The position numbers and the translations under genes were made by a program. Of a stretch of DNA of 64,000 nucleotides, positions 38,298 to 64,000 are shown piece after piece. The stretch covers positions 1,152,001 through 1,216,000 of the forward strand of contig CAWJGT010000009.1 of the NCBI GenBank assembly GCA_963842525.1, read 5' to 3'. The notes below the pieces were generated by a model that was not told the origin of the DNA, ran no database searches, and saw nothing but the letters and a program-made list of their open reading frames with translations. Numbering within the stretch: the first letter of the stretch is position 1; each line of letters begins with the position of its first letter. This DNA is from an uncultured Holophagales bacterium (GTDB lineage Bacteria > Acidobacteriota > Thermoanaerobaculia > Multivoradales > UBA5704).

Positions 38298-41200
38298 ATG
38301 TTGGAGACGAGCCGTCTGGAAGCTGTTGTGACGCCCTGGCGCCGCCCGGTGCGGAGCCGGGCCGTGCACGAGCTGATCGCGTTGCGCGCTGCGCGCGAAC
38401 CCGCGGCGCTGGCCGTGGCCTGCGGCGCGGAGAGCCTCACGTACGGTGCGCTGCGGCGTGGCGCCAGGCGGCTGGCCGGCCGGCTGAGAGCGCTGGGAGT
38501 CGGGCCCGAGGTGCCGGTGGGGCTCTACGTGGACCGCTCTCCCGCGGCCGTGGTGGGACTCCTGGGCATCCTGGAGGCCGGCGGCGTCTATGTCCCTCTG
38601 GACACTGCGCATCCCCCGGACCGGCTCGCCTTCCTCCTCGATGACGCCCGCCTCTCCGTGATCGTCACCCGGCGCGACTTGGCCGGCTCGCTGCCACCGT
38701 GCCGTGCCGCCCGCGTGGAGTTGGAGGAGCTGGCGGCCGAGGAGGGCCTGGAAGGTGAGGACCCGGATGGGGCTGACGATGCGGTGCCGGACACCCTGCT
38801 CGACAGCCTGGCCTACGTCATCTACACCTCGGGCTCGACGGGGAGGCCCAAGGGGACGGGCGTTTCGCACCGTGCCCTGGCCCGCCACTGCCTGCATCTC
38901 GCGCGGCGCTGGAGGCTCACCCCCGCGGACCGGGTGCTCCAGTTCTACGGCCTGAGCTTCGACCTGTCCATCGAGCAGATGCTTTCTCCGCTGGTGGCTG
39001 GCGCCGCGGTGATGCTGCGTGGCCCCGAGGGGTGGAGCGCGGGCGAATTCGCCGCGCGGGTCCGCGAGCTGGGGCTGACCATGGCGAGCCTGCCACCCGC
39101 GTACTTCGCCGAGGTCGCCCGCGAATGGGCCGGGCGGACGGAGCGCGGGCCGGGCGACCGGCTGCGGCTGGTGACCAGCGGCGGCGAGCGGATGGAGCCC
39201 GGTCGCGTGGCGCTCTGGCGGCGTGGCCCCTGGAGCGCGCTGCCGCTGGTCAACGCCTACGGCCCGACCGAGGCGACCATCACGGCCACTTTCTACCAAA
39301 TCCCCGCGAGCACCGGCGAGAGCGGACGGGTGCCCATCGGCCGGCCGCTCCCTGGGCGCCTCGCGCGGCTCCTGGACGGAGACGGCGGGGAAGCGGCGCC
39401 TGGCGAGGCGGGGGAAGCTCTGCCTGGGCGGCCTGGGGGTGGCGCGTGGCTACCTGGGACGGCCGGAGCGGACTGCCGAGAGCTTCGTCCCTGATCCCTT
39501 CTCGCTTCGGCCTGGCGCGCGGCTCTACCGCACCGGAGACCTGGCGCGGCGGCTGTCCGGAGGCGATCTCGACTTCCTGGGCCGCATCGACGACCAAGTC
39601 AAGATCCGCGGGTTTCGCGTCGAGCCGGGGGAGATCGAGACGGCGCTGCGGGCCCACCCCGGGGTGGGGGACGCGGCCGTGATCGCACGCGAGGATCGCC
39701 CCGGAGAGCGGCGGCTGATCGCCTATGTGGCCCCGGGCCGCTGCGGTCGCGCCCGGAGCGCGGGAGCTACGCCGGCATCTGGCTTCACGCCTCCCCGCCT
39801 ACATGGTGCCCTCGGCCTTCGTGACCCTGGCCGAGCTGCCGCGGACGCCGGGCGGCAAGCTGGACCGCCGGGCGCTGCCGGCGCCCGGCCGGCAGCGCCC
39901 CGAGATCGCCGCGCCGTACGCCGCGCCGCGCCGACCGCTGGAGGAGCGGCTGGCCGCGATGTGGGCCGAGCTGTTCGAGATCGAGCGCGTGGGCATCGAG
40001 GACCCGTTCGTGGAGCTGGGCGGCCATTCGCTGCTGGCCCTCCAGCTCGCCTCGCGGGTGCGCGACGCCTTGGGAGTGGAGCTGCCGCTGCACAATCCCT
40101 TCGCGGTGCCTACCATCGCCGAGCTGGCGCGGGCGATCGAGGAGAGGACCGCAGCCGGCGTTTCCGGTAGCCTGGCGCTGCGGCCCGCCCCTGTGCCGCG
40201 CGGCGGCGAAGCTCTACCCCTGACCTCGTCCCAGGAGCGGGTCTGGTTCCTCCACCGCATGGCGCCGGAGAGCCGGGCCTATCAGACCCAGTTCACCGTC
40301 CGCTGCCGCGGCGCTCTGGAGGTGCCGGCGCTGACCGGCGCGCTGGCGGAGATCGTGCGCCGGCACGAGATCTTCCGCACCACCTTCCCGGAGGCCGGAG
40401 GCCGGCCCGTGCAGGAGATCCATCCCACGGGTCCGTCCGCTCTGCCGTTGGCCGACCTGTCGCGGCTGCCGGAGCCCGTGCGGGAGGCCGAGGCCCGGCG
40501 GCTGGTGAGCGACGGCTTGCAGGAGCCCTTCGACCTGGAGCGGCTCCCTCTGGTCCGTTGGTCCCTGCTGCGCCTGGGCGCGGAGGACCACCTGCTGGCC
40601 GTGGTCGAGCACCACCTGGTGCATGACGGCTGGTCGAACAACCTGCTCCTGGGCGAAATGGTCGCGCTCTATCGCGCGGCAATGGCCGGCCTGCCGTCGC
40701 CGCTGCCCGAGCCGTCGCTCCAGCTCGCCGACTACGCGGTCTGGCAGCGGCGGTGGCTGGAGACGGACGCGGCGGCGGAGCAGCTCGCGTACTGGCAGCG
40801 CACTCTGGCCGGATGCCGTCCCCTGGAGCTGCCGGCAGACCGCCCGCGGCCGGCGGCGCCGTCCTACCGCGGCGGGGCGCCGCGCTTCGACCTGCCGGCG
40901 CCGCTCTGCCGGGAGCTGCGCGCCGTGGCACGGCGCCGGGAGGCGACCCTGTTCGCCGCCATGCTGGCGGCCTTCCAGGCGCTGCTCCACCGCTACACCG
41001 GCGACGTGGATCTGTGCGTTGGCTCGGGCGTGGCCAATCGGTCCCTGCGGGAGACCGAGGGGCTGATCGGCATGATCGTCAATAACGCGGTGCTGCGCAC
41101 CGACCTGTCGGGGGATCCGGCCTTCGAGGAGCTGCTGGGACGGGCCATGGCCGTGGCGGTCGGCGCCTATGCGCATCAGGATCTGCCGTTCGACCGGGTG

Positions 41201-44200
41201 GTCGAGGGGGTGCGCCCGCACCGCGACCGCAGCGTCCACCCGCTGTTCCAGGTGATGCTGAGCTTCCACGATTCGGCCATGCCGGAGCTGGACCTGCCGG
41301 GCGTCGAGGCGACGGTCGAGGGGCTGATTGCCAACGGCTCGGCCAAGTTCAACCTCAACGTGATCATGATCCCGCGGGCGGACCAGGCCCGCTCCTGGCA
41401 AGGCGGGGAGCGGCCGGAGTGGATCACGGTGGGCTGGGAATACAGCGCCGACCTCTTCGATCCGCCGACCATCGAGCGCATGACCGGCCACTTCCGCAAC
41501 CTGCTGGCAGCGGCGGTGGCGGACCCTGGACAGCGGCTCTCCGAGCTGTCGCTCCTGGGCGAGGCCGAGCGCCATCAACTGCTGGCTGAATGGCGAGAGA
41601 CCGAGGCTTTCCCCGGCGGCGCCCGTCTGGACGAGCTGTTCGCGCACAAGGCGGCCGGGACGCCGGACGCGGTGGCCGTGATCTGCGGACACGAGGCGCT
41701 GAGCTATGGCGAGCTTGCGCGCCGGGCTCGCGCGTTGGCCGCGGATCTCCGGTCGCTGGGGGTCGGCCCCGAGGTGCGGGTCGCCCTCTTCCTGGACCGC
41801 TCGTTGGAGATGGTGATGGCGGTTGTGGGCGTCCTCGCGGCTGGCGGTGCCTATGTGCCGCTCGATCCTGCGCTGCCGGCCGGGCGGCTTGCCTGGCTGC
41901 TCGCGGATGCGGCTCCGGCGGTGGTGGTTACCCGCGCTGACCTTGTGGATCGGCTGCCGGAGGTGCGGCCGGCGGTGGTGCTGGTGGCGGAGACCTCACC
42001 CCCTGTCCCCCTCTCCCATCTCCCTTCCACCCCCCGCCGGGAGAGGGGGAACGCATCCGGAGCCGCTATGACGGACCTCGCCAAACCGCCCCAGCCACGT
42101 TCCCCCTCTCCCGGGGATTGGGAGGGTGGTAGATGGGAGAGGGGGCCAGGGGGTGAGGACTCCGCCGCCTACGTCATCTACACCTCCGGCTCCACCGGCA
42201 CCCCCAAGGGAGTGGTGGTGTCCCACGACAACGTCGTGCGGCTGTTCGAGGCGTCCCAGGAGCGGTTCGGCTTCGGTACGGCCGATGTCTGGACCCTCTT
42301 CCACTCCTATGCTTTCGACTTTTCGGTGTGGGAGATCTGGGGAGCGCTCCTCTATGGCGGCCGTCTGGTGATTGTCCCGGAGCTGGCGAGCCGCTCTCCT
42401 GAGGAGCTGCTGCGGCTGCTGCGTGACGGAAGGCGTCACGGTCCTCAACCAGACGCCGTCGGCCTTCCGGCAGCTCGCCCGGGCGCGCGAGCTGGAGGAT
42501 GCGGGTGCAGCCGCCGCTCGCCCTGCGCTGGATCGTCTTCGGCGGCGAGGCGCTCGACGCGCGCACCCTGGCGCCCTGGCTGCGGGCCACGGGGCGGATC
42601 AGTCGGCCCTCGTCAACATGTACGGCATCACCGAGACCACGGTCCATGTCACCTGGCGGCGGATCGGGCCCGAAGACTTGATCGACGCCACTGGGAGCGC
42701 CGTCGGCCGTCCTCTCGCCGACCTGGAGGTGCTGCTCCTCGACCGGCAGGGAAAGCCGGTGCCGGTCGGCGTGCCGGGCGAGATCCACGTTGGCGGCGCC
42801 GGGCTCTCTCGCGGCTACCTGGGCCGGCCCGCGCTGACCGCCGAGCGGTTCGTGCCGCACCCCTGGTCGGCCGTGCCTGGGGCGCGCCTCTACCGCTCGG
42901 GCGACCTGGCGCGCTGGCGGCCCGACACCGACCTGGAGCACCGGGGCCGCATCGACCACCAGGTCAAGGTCCGCGGATTCCGCATCGAGCCGGGGGAAGT
43001 GGAGGCGGCGCTCGCGGCGCACCCCGCAGTCGCGGCGAGCGCCGTGGTGGCGCGCCCCGACGCAGCCGGCGATCACCGGCTCACGGCCTACTGTGGTGCC
43101 GGCCGGCGACGCGGCCCTGGTCGTTGCGGACCTTCGTGCCTTCCTGAAGGAGCGGCTGCCGGAGCACATGGTGCCTTCGGCCTTCGTCTCCCTAGATGCC
43201 CTGCCCTTGAACGCCAACGGCAAGCTGGACCGCGCCGTGCTGCCGGCACCGGACGGTGAACGTGCAGCACGGGAGATCCCCATGGCGCCGCGCACGTCCC
43301 TGGAGGAACGGCTGGCCGCGATCTGGGCCGAGGTGCTGGAGGTCGGGACCGTGGGCGCGCAGGACGACTTCTTCGAGCTGGGCGGGTATTCGCTCCTGGC
43401 CGTCCGCCTGCTGCACCGGGTGCGCGAGGAGCTTGGGGTCGAGGTCCCCCTCGGCCGGCTGTTCGATGACCCTACCGTGGCCGGCTTGGCCGCGGCCCTG
43501 GCCGAAGCGAGGCCGGTTGATCCCGGTACCGCCGGGGGAGGGGAAGCGTTCCCGCTCTCCTTTGCCCAGCGCCGCCTCTGGTTCCTCGACCAGCTTCAGC
43601 CCGGCCTGCCGGTCTACAACGTTGCACGGGCGGTGGGAGCTGCGGGAGTGCTGGATCCCGCGATGCTGGCCGCGGCGCTGGCCGAGATCGTCCGCCGCCA
43701 CCAGGTGCTGCGCACCGTCTTCTCGGCCGAGGGAGGAGCGGACGGCGAGCCCCTCCAGGTGGTGCTCCCTCCCCGGACGCCCGAGCTGCCGCAGGTCGAC
43801 CTGACGGCGCTTCCGGCTGGCGCGCGGCAGGCCGAGGAACGGCGCCTGGCCGCCACCGAGGCGGCGCGGCCCTTCGACCTTGCCCGCGGGCCGTTGTTGC
43901 GGACGGCGCTGGTACGCCTCGGCGCGGCGGATCACGTCCTTCTCCTCACCCTCCACCACGTGGTGGCCGATGCCTGGTCCATGACGATCCTCTTCCGCGA
44001 GTTGGGCGAGCTGATCACAGCCTTTGCGGCCGGCCGCCCGTCCCCGTTGCCGCCGCTGCCGGCCCAGTACGGCGACTTTGCCCGCGTCCAGCGCGAGCGG
44101 CTGGCCGGGGAGGCGCTTCAGGCCCAGCTCTCTTGGTGGCGCGCCCGCCTGGCCGGCGCTCCCGCACTGTTGGAGCTGCCCGCGGACCGGCCGCGGCCGG

Positions 44201-46752
44201 CGGTGCCGAGCGGGCGCGGCGGCACGGTGGCCTTCACCCTGCCGGACGGCATTGCCGGACGCCTGCGGGAGCTCGGCCGCTCGTCCCGGGCCAGCCTCTT
44301 CATGACCCTCCTGGCCGCCTATCAGGCGCTGCTCGCCCGCTTCACCGGCGCCGTGGACCTGGTGGCCGGGACCCCGGTGGCCAACCGCGAGCGCCCCGAG
44401 TGGGCGGACCTCATCGGCTTCTTCCTGAACACCCTGGCGCTGCGCGGCGACCTGTCCGGAGACCCGTCCTTCGGCGAGCTGTTGCGGCGGGTGCGGGATG
44501 GCGCGCTCGCCGCCTATGCCCATGCCGAGGTCCCGTTCGAGCGCTTGGTCGAGGAGCTGCAGCCGGAGCGCACGGCGGGCCACGAGCCGCTGTTCCAGAC
44601 GATGTTCATCCTGGACAGCACACCGCAGCGCCCGCTGGTCTTGCCCGGGCTCACCCTGACCCCCCGGGCTGTGCACAGCGGAACCGCCAAATTCGATCTG
44701 ATGCTGACGGTCGAGGACGCCGGTGAGGAGCTGCGCGGCCACGCCGAATATGCCCGTGACCTGTTCGAGGCGGCCACGGTGGAGCGGCTCGTGGGACACT
44801 GGCAGACCCTCCTCACGGCCATGGTCGAGTGTCCGGACCAGCGCCTCTCGGAGCTGCCGCTCCTCACCCATGAGGAGAGGCAACAGCTCCTGGTGGAATG
44901 GGGGACCGGGCCGAGACGCACCTGAAGGCGCCGGAGACGTCGTCTCCTGGTTCGAGGCGCAGGCGGCGCGGCAGCCGTTCGTTTCCGCTGTGATCGACGG
45001 CGACGAGCGCCTGAGTTATGCCGAGCTCGACCGCCGGTCCGGCCGCCTGGCCCGCCGCCTGCGCGAGTTGGGGGTGAGGACGGAGTCGCGGGTGGCCCTG
45101 CGCCTCGGGCGCGGCGTCGAGATGCCGGTGGCGGTGCTCGCCGTGCTCAAGGCGGGCGGCGTCTGTGTCCCCCTCGACCCGGCCTATCCGCCGGAGCGGA
45201 TTGCCCTGATGTTGGAGGATGCGCGGGCCGTGGCAGTGCTGACCCGTCGTGAGATGGAAGCGGAGGCGGCGGGGGGGATGCTTTCTCCATCCCCGGCCCG
45301 GCCAGCGGGGAGCCTGCTCTACGTCATCTACACCTCCGGCTCGACCGGCCGCCCCAAGGGGGTGGCGATGACCCACGATGCCATCGCCAACCTGGTCGCC
45401 TGGCAGCTCCGCGACCAGCCCTCAGGCCCGCCGGTGACCCTCCAGTTCGCCGCCCTCTCCTTCGACGTCTCGTTCCAGGAGATGTTTACTACCTGGTGCG
45501 CGGGCGGCACGCTGGTGCTCGTGCCCGAGGAGCTGCGCCGCGATGCGCCGGGCCTCCTCGACCGGGTGGCGGCCGCGGGCGTCGAGCGCCTGTTCCTGCC
45601 GGTGGCCGCCCTGGAGCAGCTTGCCGAGGCCGCGGCGGAGCGGGAGAGCCTGCCAGCGGGCCTGGCCCGGAGGCTGCGCGAGGTCATCACCGCTGGCGAG
45701 CAGCTCCGGGTCACGCCGCAGGTGGCGGCCTTCTTCGAGCGGCTGCCGGGCTGCGCCCTGGTCAACCACTATGGGCCGTCCGAGACCCATGTGGTCACCT
45801 CGCTGCGGCTCGACGGCCCGCCCGCGAGCTGGCCGGCCCTGCCGGCGATCGGCCGGCCGATCGACAACGCGCGGACCGTGGTCCTCGACGCCGCCCTCGG
45901 CCCGGTGCCGCCGGGCGTGGCCGGCGAGCTGTACCTCGGCGGCCGGGCCGTGGGCCGCGGCTACCTCGACCGCCCGGATGCCACGGCGGAGCGGTTCCTG
46001 CCCGATCCGTTCGCGGAAGAGCCCGGGGCGCGCCTCTACCGCAGCGGCGACCGTGCACGGATGCACGCCGGTGGGATCGTCGAGCACCTGGGCCGCACCG
46101 ACGACCAAGTAAAGCTGCGCGGGTTCCGCATCGAGCCCGGCGAGATCGAGGCCGCACTGGGGGCCCATCCCGCGGTGCGGGAAGCGGCCGTGGCGCTGCG
46201 CGACGGGCCGGAGCCAGGCTCGCGCCGGCTGGTGGCCTGGGTCGTGCCGCGCGAGGTGGCCGGGGACCTGGTGCCGGCGCTGCGAGTCCATCTCGCGGCC
46301 CGGCTGCCGGCCTGGATGGTCCCGAGCGCCTTCGAGATCCTGAACGCGCTGCCCCTGACCCCGAGCGGCAAGGTCGACCGCCGCGCCCTGCCTGCGCCGG
46401 GCGGCTCCGGTCCCTCGGCTCCCGCCCGGCCGCCGTGCACGCCGGTCGAGCGGGCGCTGGCGGCGATCTGGTGCGAGGTTCTGGGGCTCCCGGAGGTGGG
46501 AGCCGTAGGGATCAACGACGATTTCTTTGCCCTGGGCGGGCACTCGCTGCTCGCTACGCGGGTGCTCTCCCGGCTGCGCCGCTCCCTCGGGGTCGATCTG
46601 CCGCTCGCCGAGATGTTCTCCGGGCCGACGATCGCCCATCTGGCCGCGGCCGTGGAGCGGGCTCGCAGCGGTGCTCCATCCGGGCGGCCCTCGAAGATCA
46701 CCGCGCTGTCGCGCCAGGAACGGCGCCTGGTTCCGGTCCCGGAGGAGCCTGC

Positions 46753-46756
<4 letters not shown>
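38298..46756 (+). CDS. NRPS 1: A-T-C(ureido-type)-A(Thr)-T-C-A(Pro)-T (about 7 frameshifts)
   Basis: Three YTSGSTG.PKG A domains and three GG(H/Y)SLL T domains. C motifs [10 protein letters not shown] and [10 protein letters not shown]2 has [20 protein letters not shown]; A3 has [19 protein letters not shown]. Frames joined by motif continuity. Confidence 0.88.
41994..42158. repeat. Inverted REP doublet inserted in frame in the A2 domain
   Basis: cctcacccc..ccctctccc..gggagagggggaac / gttccccctctccc..gggagaggggg..ggggtgagg. Confidence 0.8.
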
Positions 46757-59771
<13,015 letters not shown>

Positions 59772-59779
<8 letters not shown>

Positions 59780-62700
59780 GCAGACCCCTGGGGACCGTCT
59801 GGCCGGGCTCTCGCCCGAGCAGCGGGCTCGCCTCGTCGAAGCCCTGCGCCGCGAGCGCTTGCAGAAAGGCGGCTCAGCGATCCCGCCGCGGCCCGCGGGT
59901 CATCCGCCGCTGTCGTTGCCGCAGCAGCGCCTCTGGTTCCTGGAGAGGCTGGCGCCCGGCACCTGGACCAGCCATGTGGCGGTCGCGTGGCGCCTCGCCG
60001 GCCCTCTCGACGTCGCCGCCCTGGCGCGCGGTCTGAACGAGATCGAGAGCCGCCACGAAGCGCTGCGCACGACGTTCCACCTGGTGGACGAGCGCGCTGT
60101 CCAGATCGTTGCCCCGCCGCAGTCTCTCCCCCTGCCACGGATCGATCTCGACGGCCTCCCCTCGGCGCGACGGGAGGAGGAGGCCCGACGCCTGGCCGAC
60201 CGCGAGGCGCTCCGCGTTTTCGACCTCGCCCGTGGGCCGCTGTGGCGTCCTCTGGTCCTGCGGTTGGACGCGCACGAGCACGTCCTGCTGCTGACCTTCC
60301 ATCACCTGGTCTCCGACGGCTGGTCGATCGGGGTTCTGCTCTCCGAGCTGGCGGCGCTGTACGGCGCGTTCACCGCAGGCCGCCCTTCGCCGCTGCCGGA
60401 GCTGCCGATCCACTACGGCGACTTCGCCGCCTGGCAGCAGGGGCGGTGGGAGCGCGGCGACTTCGAGCCGCAGCTCGACGACTGGATCGAGCGGCTTGCC
60501 GGCTGTCCGCCCGTGCTTGCGCTTCCCACAGACCGGCCGCGCCCGCCGGTGCAGACGCAGCGCGCCGGCCTGATCTCCGTCTCGTTCCCTGCCGATCCCT
60601 GGCAGCGCTGCGAGGCGCTGGGCCGCAGGCTGGGCGCCACTCCCTTCATGGTCTGCCTGGCGGCGTATGCGGCCGTCCTTGGCCAGGTCAGCGGGCAGGA
60701 CGACCTGGCCGTGGGATCGCCGGTAGGCAGCCGGCAGCCGGCGGAGACCGAAAAGCTCATCGGTCTCTTCGTCAACACCCTGGTGCTGCGGGTGGACCTC
60801 AAGGGCGACCCGTCGTTCGCGGAGCTGCTGCGCCGTGTGCGCGCCGCGGTGCTCGCCGCCCAGGCGCATGGCGAGGTGCCTTTCGAAAAGCTGGTCGAGA
60901 CGTTGCGTCCACCGCGCGATCTCGCCTACGCGCCGCTCGTCCAGGTGATGCTCGCCTTCGAGGAGTCGGCGGGGGAGCGGCCGGCCCTCGCCGGCCTCAG
61001 TGCCGAGACCTTCCCCCTCGGCGCCGCGGTGGCGTTGTTCGACGTCACGCTGGGCCTGATCGCCATGGACGGAGGGCTCAAGGGGTGGTGGGACTACAAC
61101 GCCGACCTGTTCGATGCCGCCACCATCGAGCGCTGGGCGGCCGCCTGGGAGCGGCTGCTCCTTGCCGCGGCCGACGAGCCGGACCGCCGCCTCTCGGATC
61201 TGCCGTTCCTCTCCGCGGCCGAGCGGCGCCAGGCCGCGGACCGCCGGCCGCTGTCTGCGCTCACTGGAGCTTCGCCTGATGCAGTGGGAGCCGCGCTGCC
61301 GCCCCGCGACGACATCGAGCGCTCGATCGCGGCGATCTGGTGCGACGTGCTCGGCCGCGAAAAGGTAGGGATCGACGAGAGCTTCTTCGACGTTGGAGGC
61401 CATTCGCTGCTGCTGGTGCGGGTGCACGCCCGGCTCGTCGAGCAGTTCCCCGAGCTGGTCATGGTCGACCTCTTCAAGCACCCCACGGTGCGGCGCCTGG
61501 CGAGCTGCCTGCGCGCCGAGCCGGATGCGCCTGTGGCCCTTGTCGCGAAGACGCCGCCACCCCACGCCAAGGGGAGCGCCGTTGCCGTCATCGGTCTGGC
61601 CGGCCGTTTCCCCGGCGCTGGCGATATCGAGGCTTTCTGGCGCAACCTGAGCGGCGGCGTCGAGTCCATCTCGTTCTTCACCGCAGAGGAGCTCCTCGCC
61701 GAAGGGGTGAGCCCCGCCCTGGTCGCCGATCCTGGCTACGTGCGGGCCAACGGCGTGCTCGACGGAGCCGACCTGTTCGACGCGGATTTCTTCGGGATCG
61801 CGCCGCGCGAGGCGGAGGTGATGGACCCGCAACACCGTCTGCTGCTGGAGATCGCCTGGGAAGCCCTGGAGGACGCCGGCCGCGATCCAGCCCGCGCGGA
61901 CGGCCGCGTCGGCGTCTTTGCGGGGATCTCCGAGAGCAGCTACCTGCGCGTCCACGCGTCCGGCTCCGAGGCCGTGGCGTCCGTGGGTCCCTTCCAGGCG
62001 TCGATCGCCAACAGCGAGGCTTTCGCGGTCACCCGCGTCTCCTACAAGCTCGATCTGCGCGGTCCGAGCCTGCACGTGCAGACCGCCTGCTCGACCTCTC
62101 TGGTGGCGGTCCACCTCGCCTGCCGCAGCCTCCTGGCGGGCGAGTGCGACGTGGCGCTGGCCGGCGGCGCCGGCATCCTGTTCCCACAGCGCATCGGCTA
62201 TCGCTACCAGGAGCGCGGCATCGCGTCTCCGGACGGGCACTGCCGCGCCTTCGACGTCCGCGCCGCCGGGACCATCGGCGGCAACGGCGGCGGGCTCGTG
62301 GTCCTGAAGCGTCTCGCCGACGCCGTGGCGGATGGCGACCGCATCCGGGCGGTGATCCGCGGCACGGCCATCAACAACGACGGCGCCGGCAAGGTCGGCT
62401 TCACGGCGCCCGCCGTCGACGGCCAAGCCGAGGTGATCGCCGCGGCTCTGGCTGCCGCGGGCGCCGGCCCCGAGACGATCGGCCTGATCGAGGCCCACGG
62501 AAGCGGCACGCCGCTCGGCGACCCGATCGAGGTCGCGGCGCTCCACCAGGTCTTCGGCGTGGGTGCGGGCCCAGGCTCCTGCGCCCTTGGCTCGGTCAAG
62601 ACCAACATCGGCCACCTGGATGCCGCGGCCGGTGCCGCCGGGCTGATCAAGGCTGTGCTGGCGGTGGAGCGGGGCGTACGCCCGCCGAGCCTCCATTTCG

Positions 62701-64000
62701 AGAGCCCCAACCCGGCGATCGACTTTGCGGCCGGCCCTTTCTTCGTGCCGAAGGAGGCGACGCCCTGGCCGGCGGGTCCCGGTCCGCGCCGCGCCGGCGT
62801 CAGCTCGTTCGGTATGGGCGGGACCAACGCCCACGCAGTCATCGAAGAGGCGCCTCCGCAACCTCCTCAGCCCTCGCCACGCCCCTGGCAGCTCCTGGTG
62901 CTCTCGGCGCGCAGCGCCGCCGCCCTGGACGCGGCCACGGACCGGCTGGCGCAACACCTCGCGGCGCATCCGGACGTCGATCCGGCCGACGTCGCCTGGA
63001 CGCTCCAGACCGGCCGTAGAGCCTTCGCCCACCGCCGCATCCTGGTGGGCCGCGACGTGCCGGATCTGGCCGCGGCACTGGTCCCCCTCGACGCGGCCCG
63101 TGCGGTGACCGCCGTGGCCACGGAGACGGGGAAGCCCGTGGCGCTTCTGTTCCCCGGCCTGGGAGACGTGCGGCCGGGCATGTTCGGCGACCTCTGGCGC
63201 ACGGAGGCCGGTTTCCGCGCGGAGGTCGAGCGCTGTGTGGCGTTTCTTCCTGATGCGCTCGGGGAGCGCATTCGGGAGCTTTTCGCTGGAGAGGCCAAAC
63301 CAGGGACCGGGCTCGACCTGCGGCGGCTGGTCCGTCCCGGTGCGACGCAGGATGGCGACTGGTGGAGCCGCACCGAGGTGGCGCAGCCGGCGCTCTTCAT
63401 CGCCGAATACGCCCTGGCCCGGCTGTGGATGGATTGGGGCGTACCGGTGGCGGCGCTCCTCGGCTACAGCTTGGGCGAGTACGTGGCCGCCTGCCTGGCC
63501 GGAGTGCTGACCCTGGAGGAGGCGCTCCCCCTGGTGGTTGCGCGGGCGCGGCTTCTCGCCAGCTTGCCGGCCGGCGCCATGCTCGCCGTGCCGCTCTCCG
63601 AGGAGCGCACCCTGGCGCTGCCCGAGGTGGCCACGGGCGTGGTGGCCCTCGCCGCGATCAACGGCCCCGAGGTGTGCGTGCTCTCCGGCGATCCGGAAGC
63701 GATTACCGCCGTGGAGCACCGTCTGGCCGGCGAGGGGGTGCCCTGCCAGCGCCTCGCCGCCACCCAGGCGTTCCATGCGCCAGCCGTGGAAGCCGTCCGC
63801 GAGCCCCTCCTCGACCTGTTCCGCGCGGTGGACTGGAAAGCGCCCCGCATCCCCGTGCTCTCGGGTTTGACCGGCACCTGGCTCACTGCCGCGGAGGCAA
63901 CCAACCCGGAGCACTGGTACACCCAGACCCGCCGGACAGTGCGCCTAGGCGACAGCCTCGGAGAGCTGCTACGCGGTCCGGACTGCGTGTTGCTGGAGGT
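59772..64000 (+). CDS. Hybrid NRPS-PKS 3 (partial): C-T-KS-AT, with no A domain in the first module
   Basis: Not in the ORF track (no stop). GGAGG RBS and GTG at 59772. One frame carries LSLPQQRLWFL, HHLVSDGWS, FFDVGGHSLLL, QTACSTSL, EAHGSGT, KTNIGH, GYSLG, TQAFH. Confidence 0.9.

Noticed and set aside
45496-46752. Upstream part of the 2194-aa ORF
   Set aside because: Out-of-frame overlap with NRPS 1; NRPS-PKS 2 begins at ATG 46753 after a GGAGG RBS

Overview
GC-rich bacterial window. Gene style and repeat families suggest Acidobacteriota, which is an inference only. Many single-base frameshifts look like long-read assembly errors. Four zones: (1) 1-12.5 kb holds a secreted protein, a truncated CHAT peptidase, a translationally coupled SIR2-like/TIR + nSTAND1-TM-WD40 pair (candidate conflict/defence system), a membrane protein, a PQQ-type sugar dehydrogenase with a PA14 domain and a decayed VapBC pair. 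(2) 12.5-29.6 kb holds a partial type VI secretion locus: PAAR + Zn-ribbon methyltransferase, divergent from tssH-vgrG-hypothetical ... MORN-SPOR. It is split by an insertion hotspot of about 7.9 kb containing a Uma2 nuclease, a 21-bp array, integron-type cassettes with a clear attC, a group II intron DV/DVI remnant, a 1.08-kb direct repeat around a PD-(D/E)XK nuclease, a 63-bp array and a MITE. (3) A FadL-type outer-membrane transporter. (4) 31.1-64 kb is the start of a large hybrid NRPS-PKS cluster that runs off the window. It encodes a B12 radical SAM enzyme, sulfotransferase, methyltransferase, carbamoyltransferase and a SelO-like pseudokinase. The assembly line has a ureido-type C domain (EHHLVHDG), two methyltransferase-interrupted A domains, a KS-AT-ACP-aminotransferase module and a C-T-KS module with no A domain. 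A palindromic REP family is inserted in frame inside TssH and two megasynthases.
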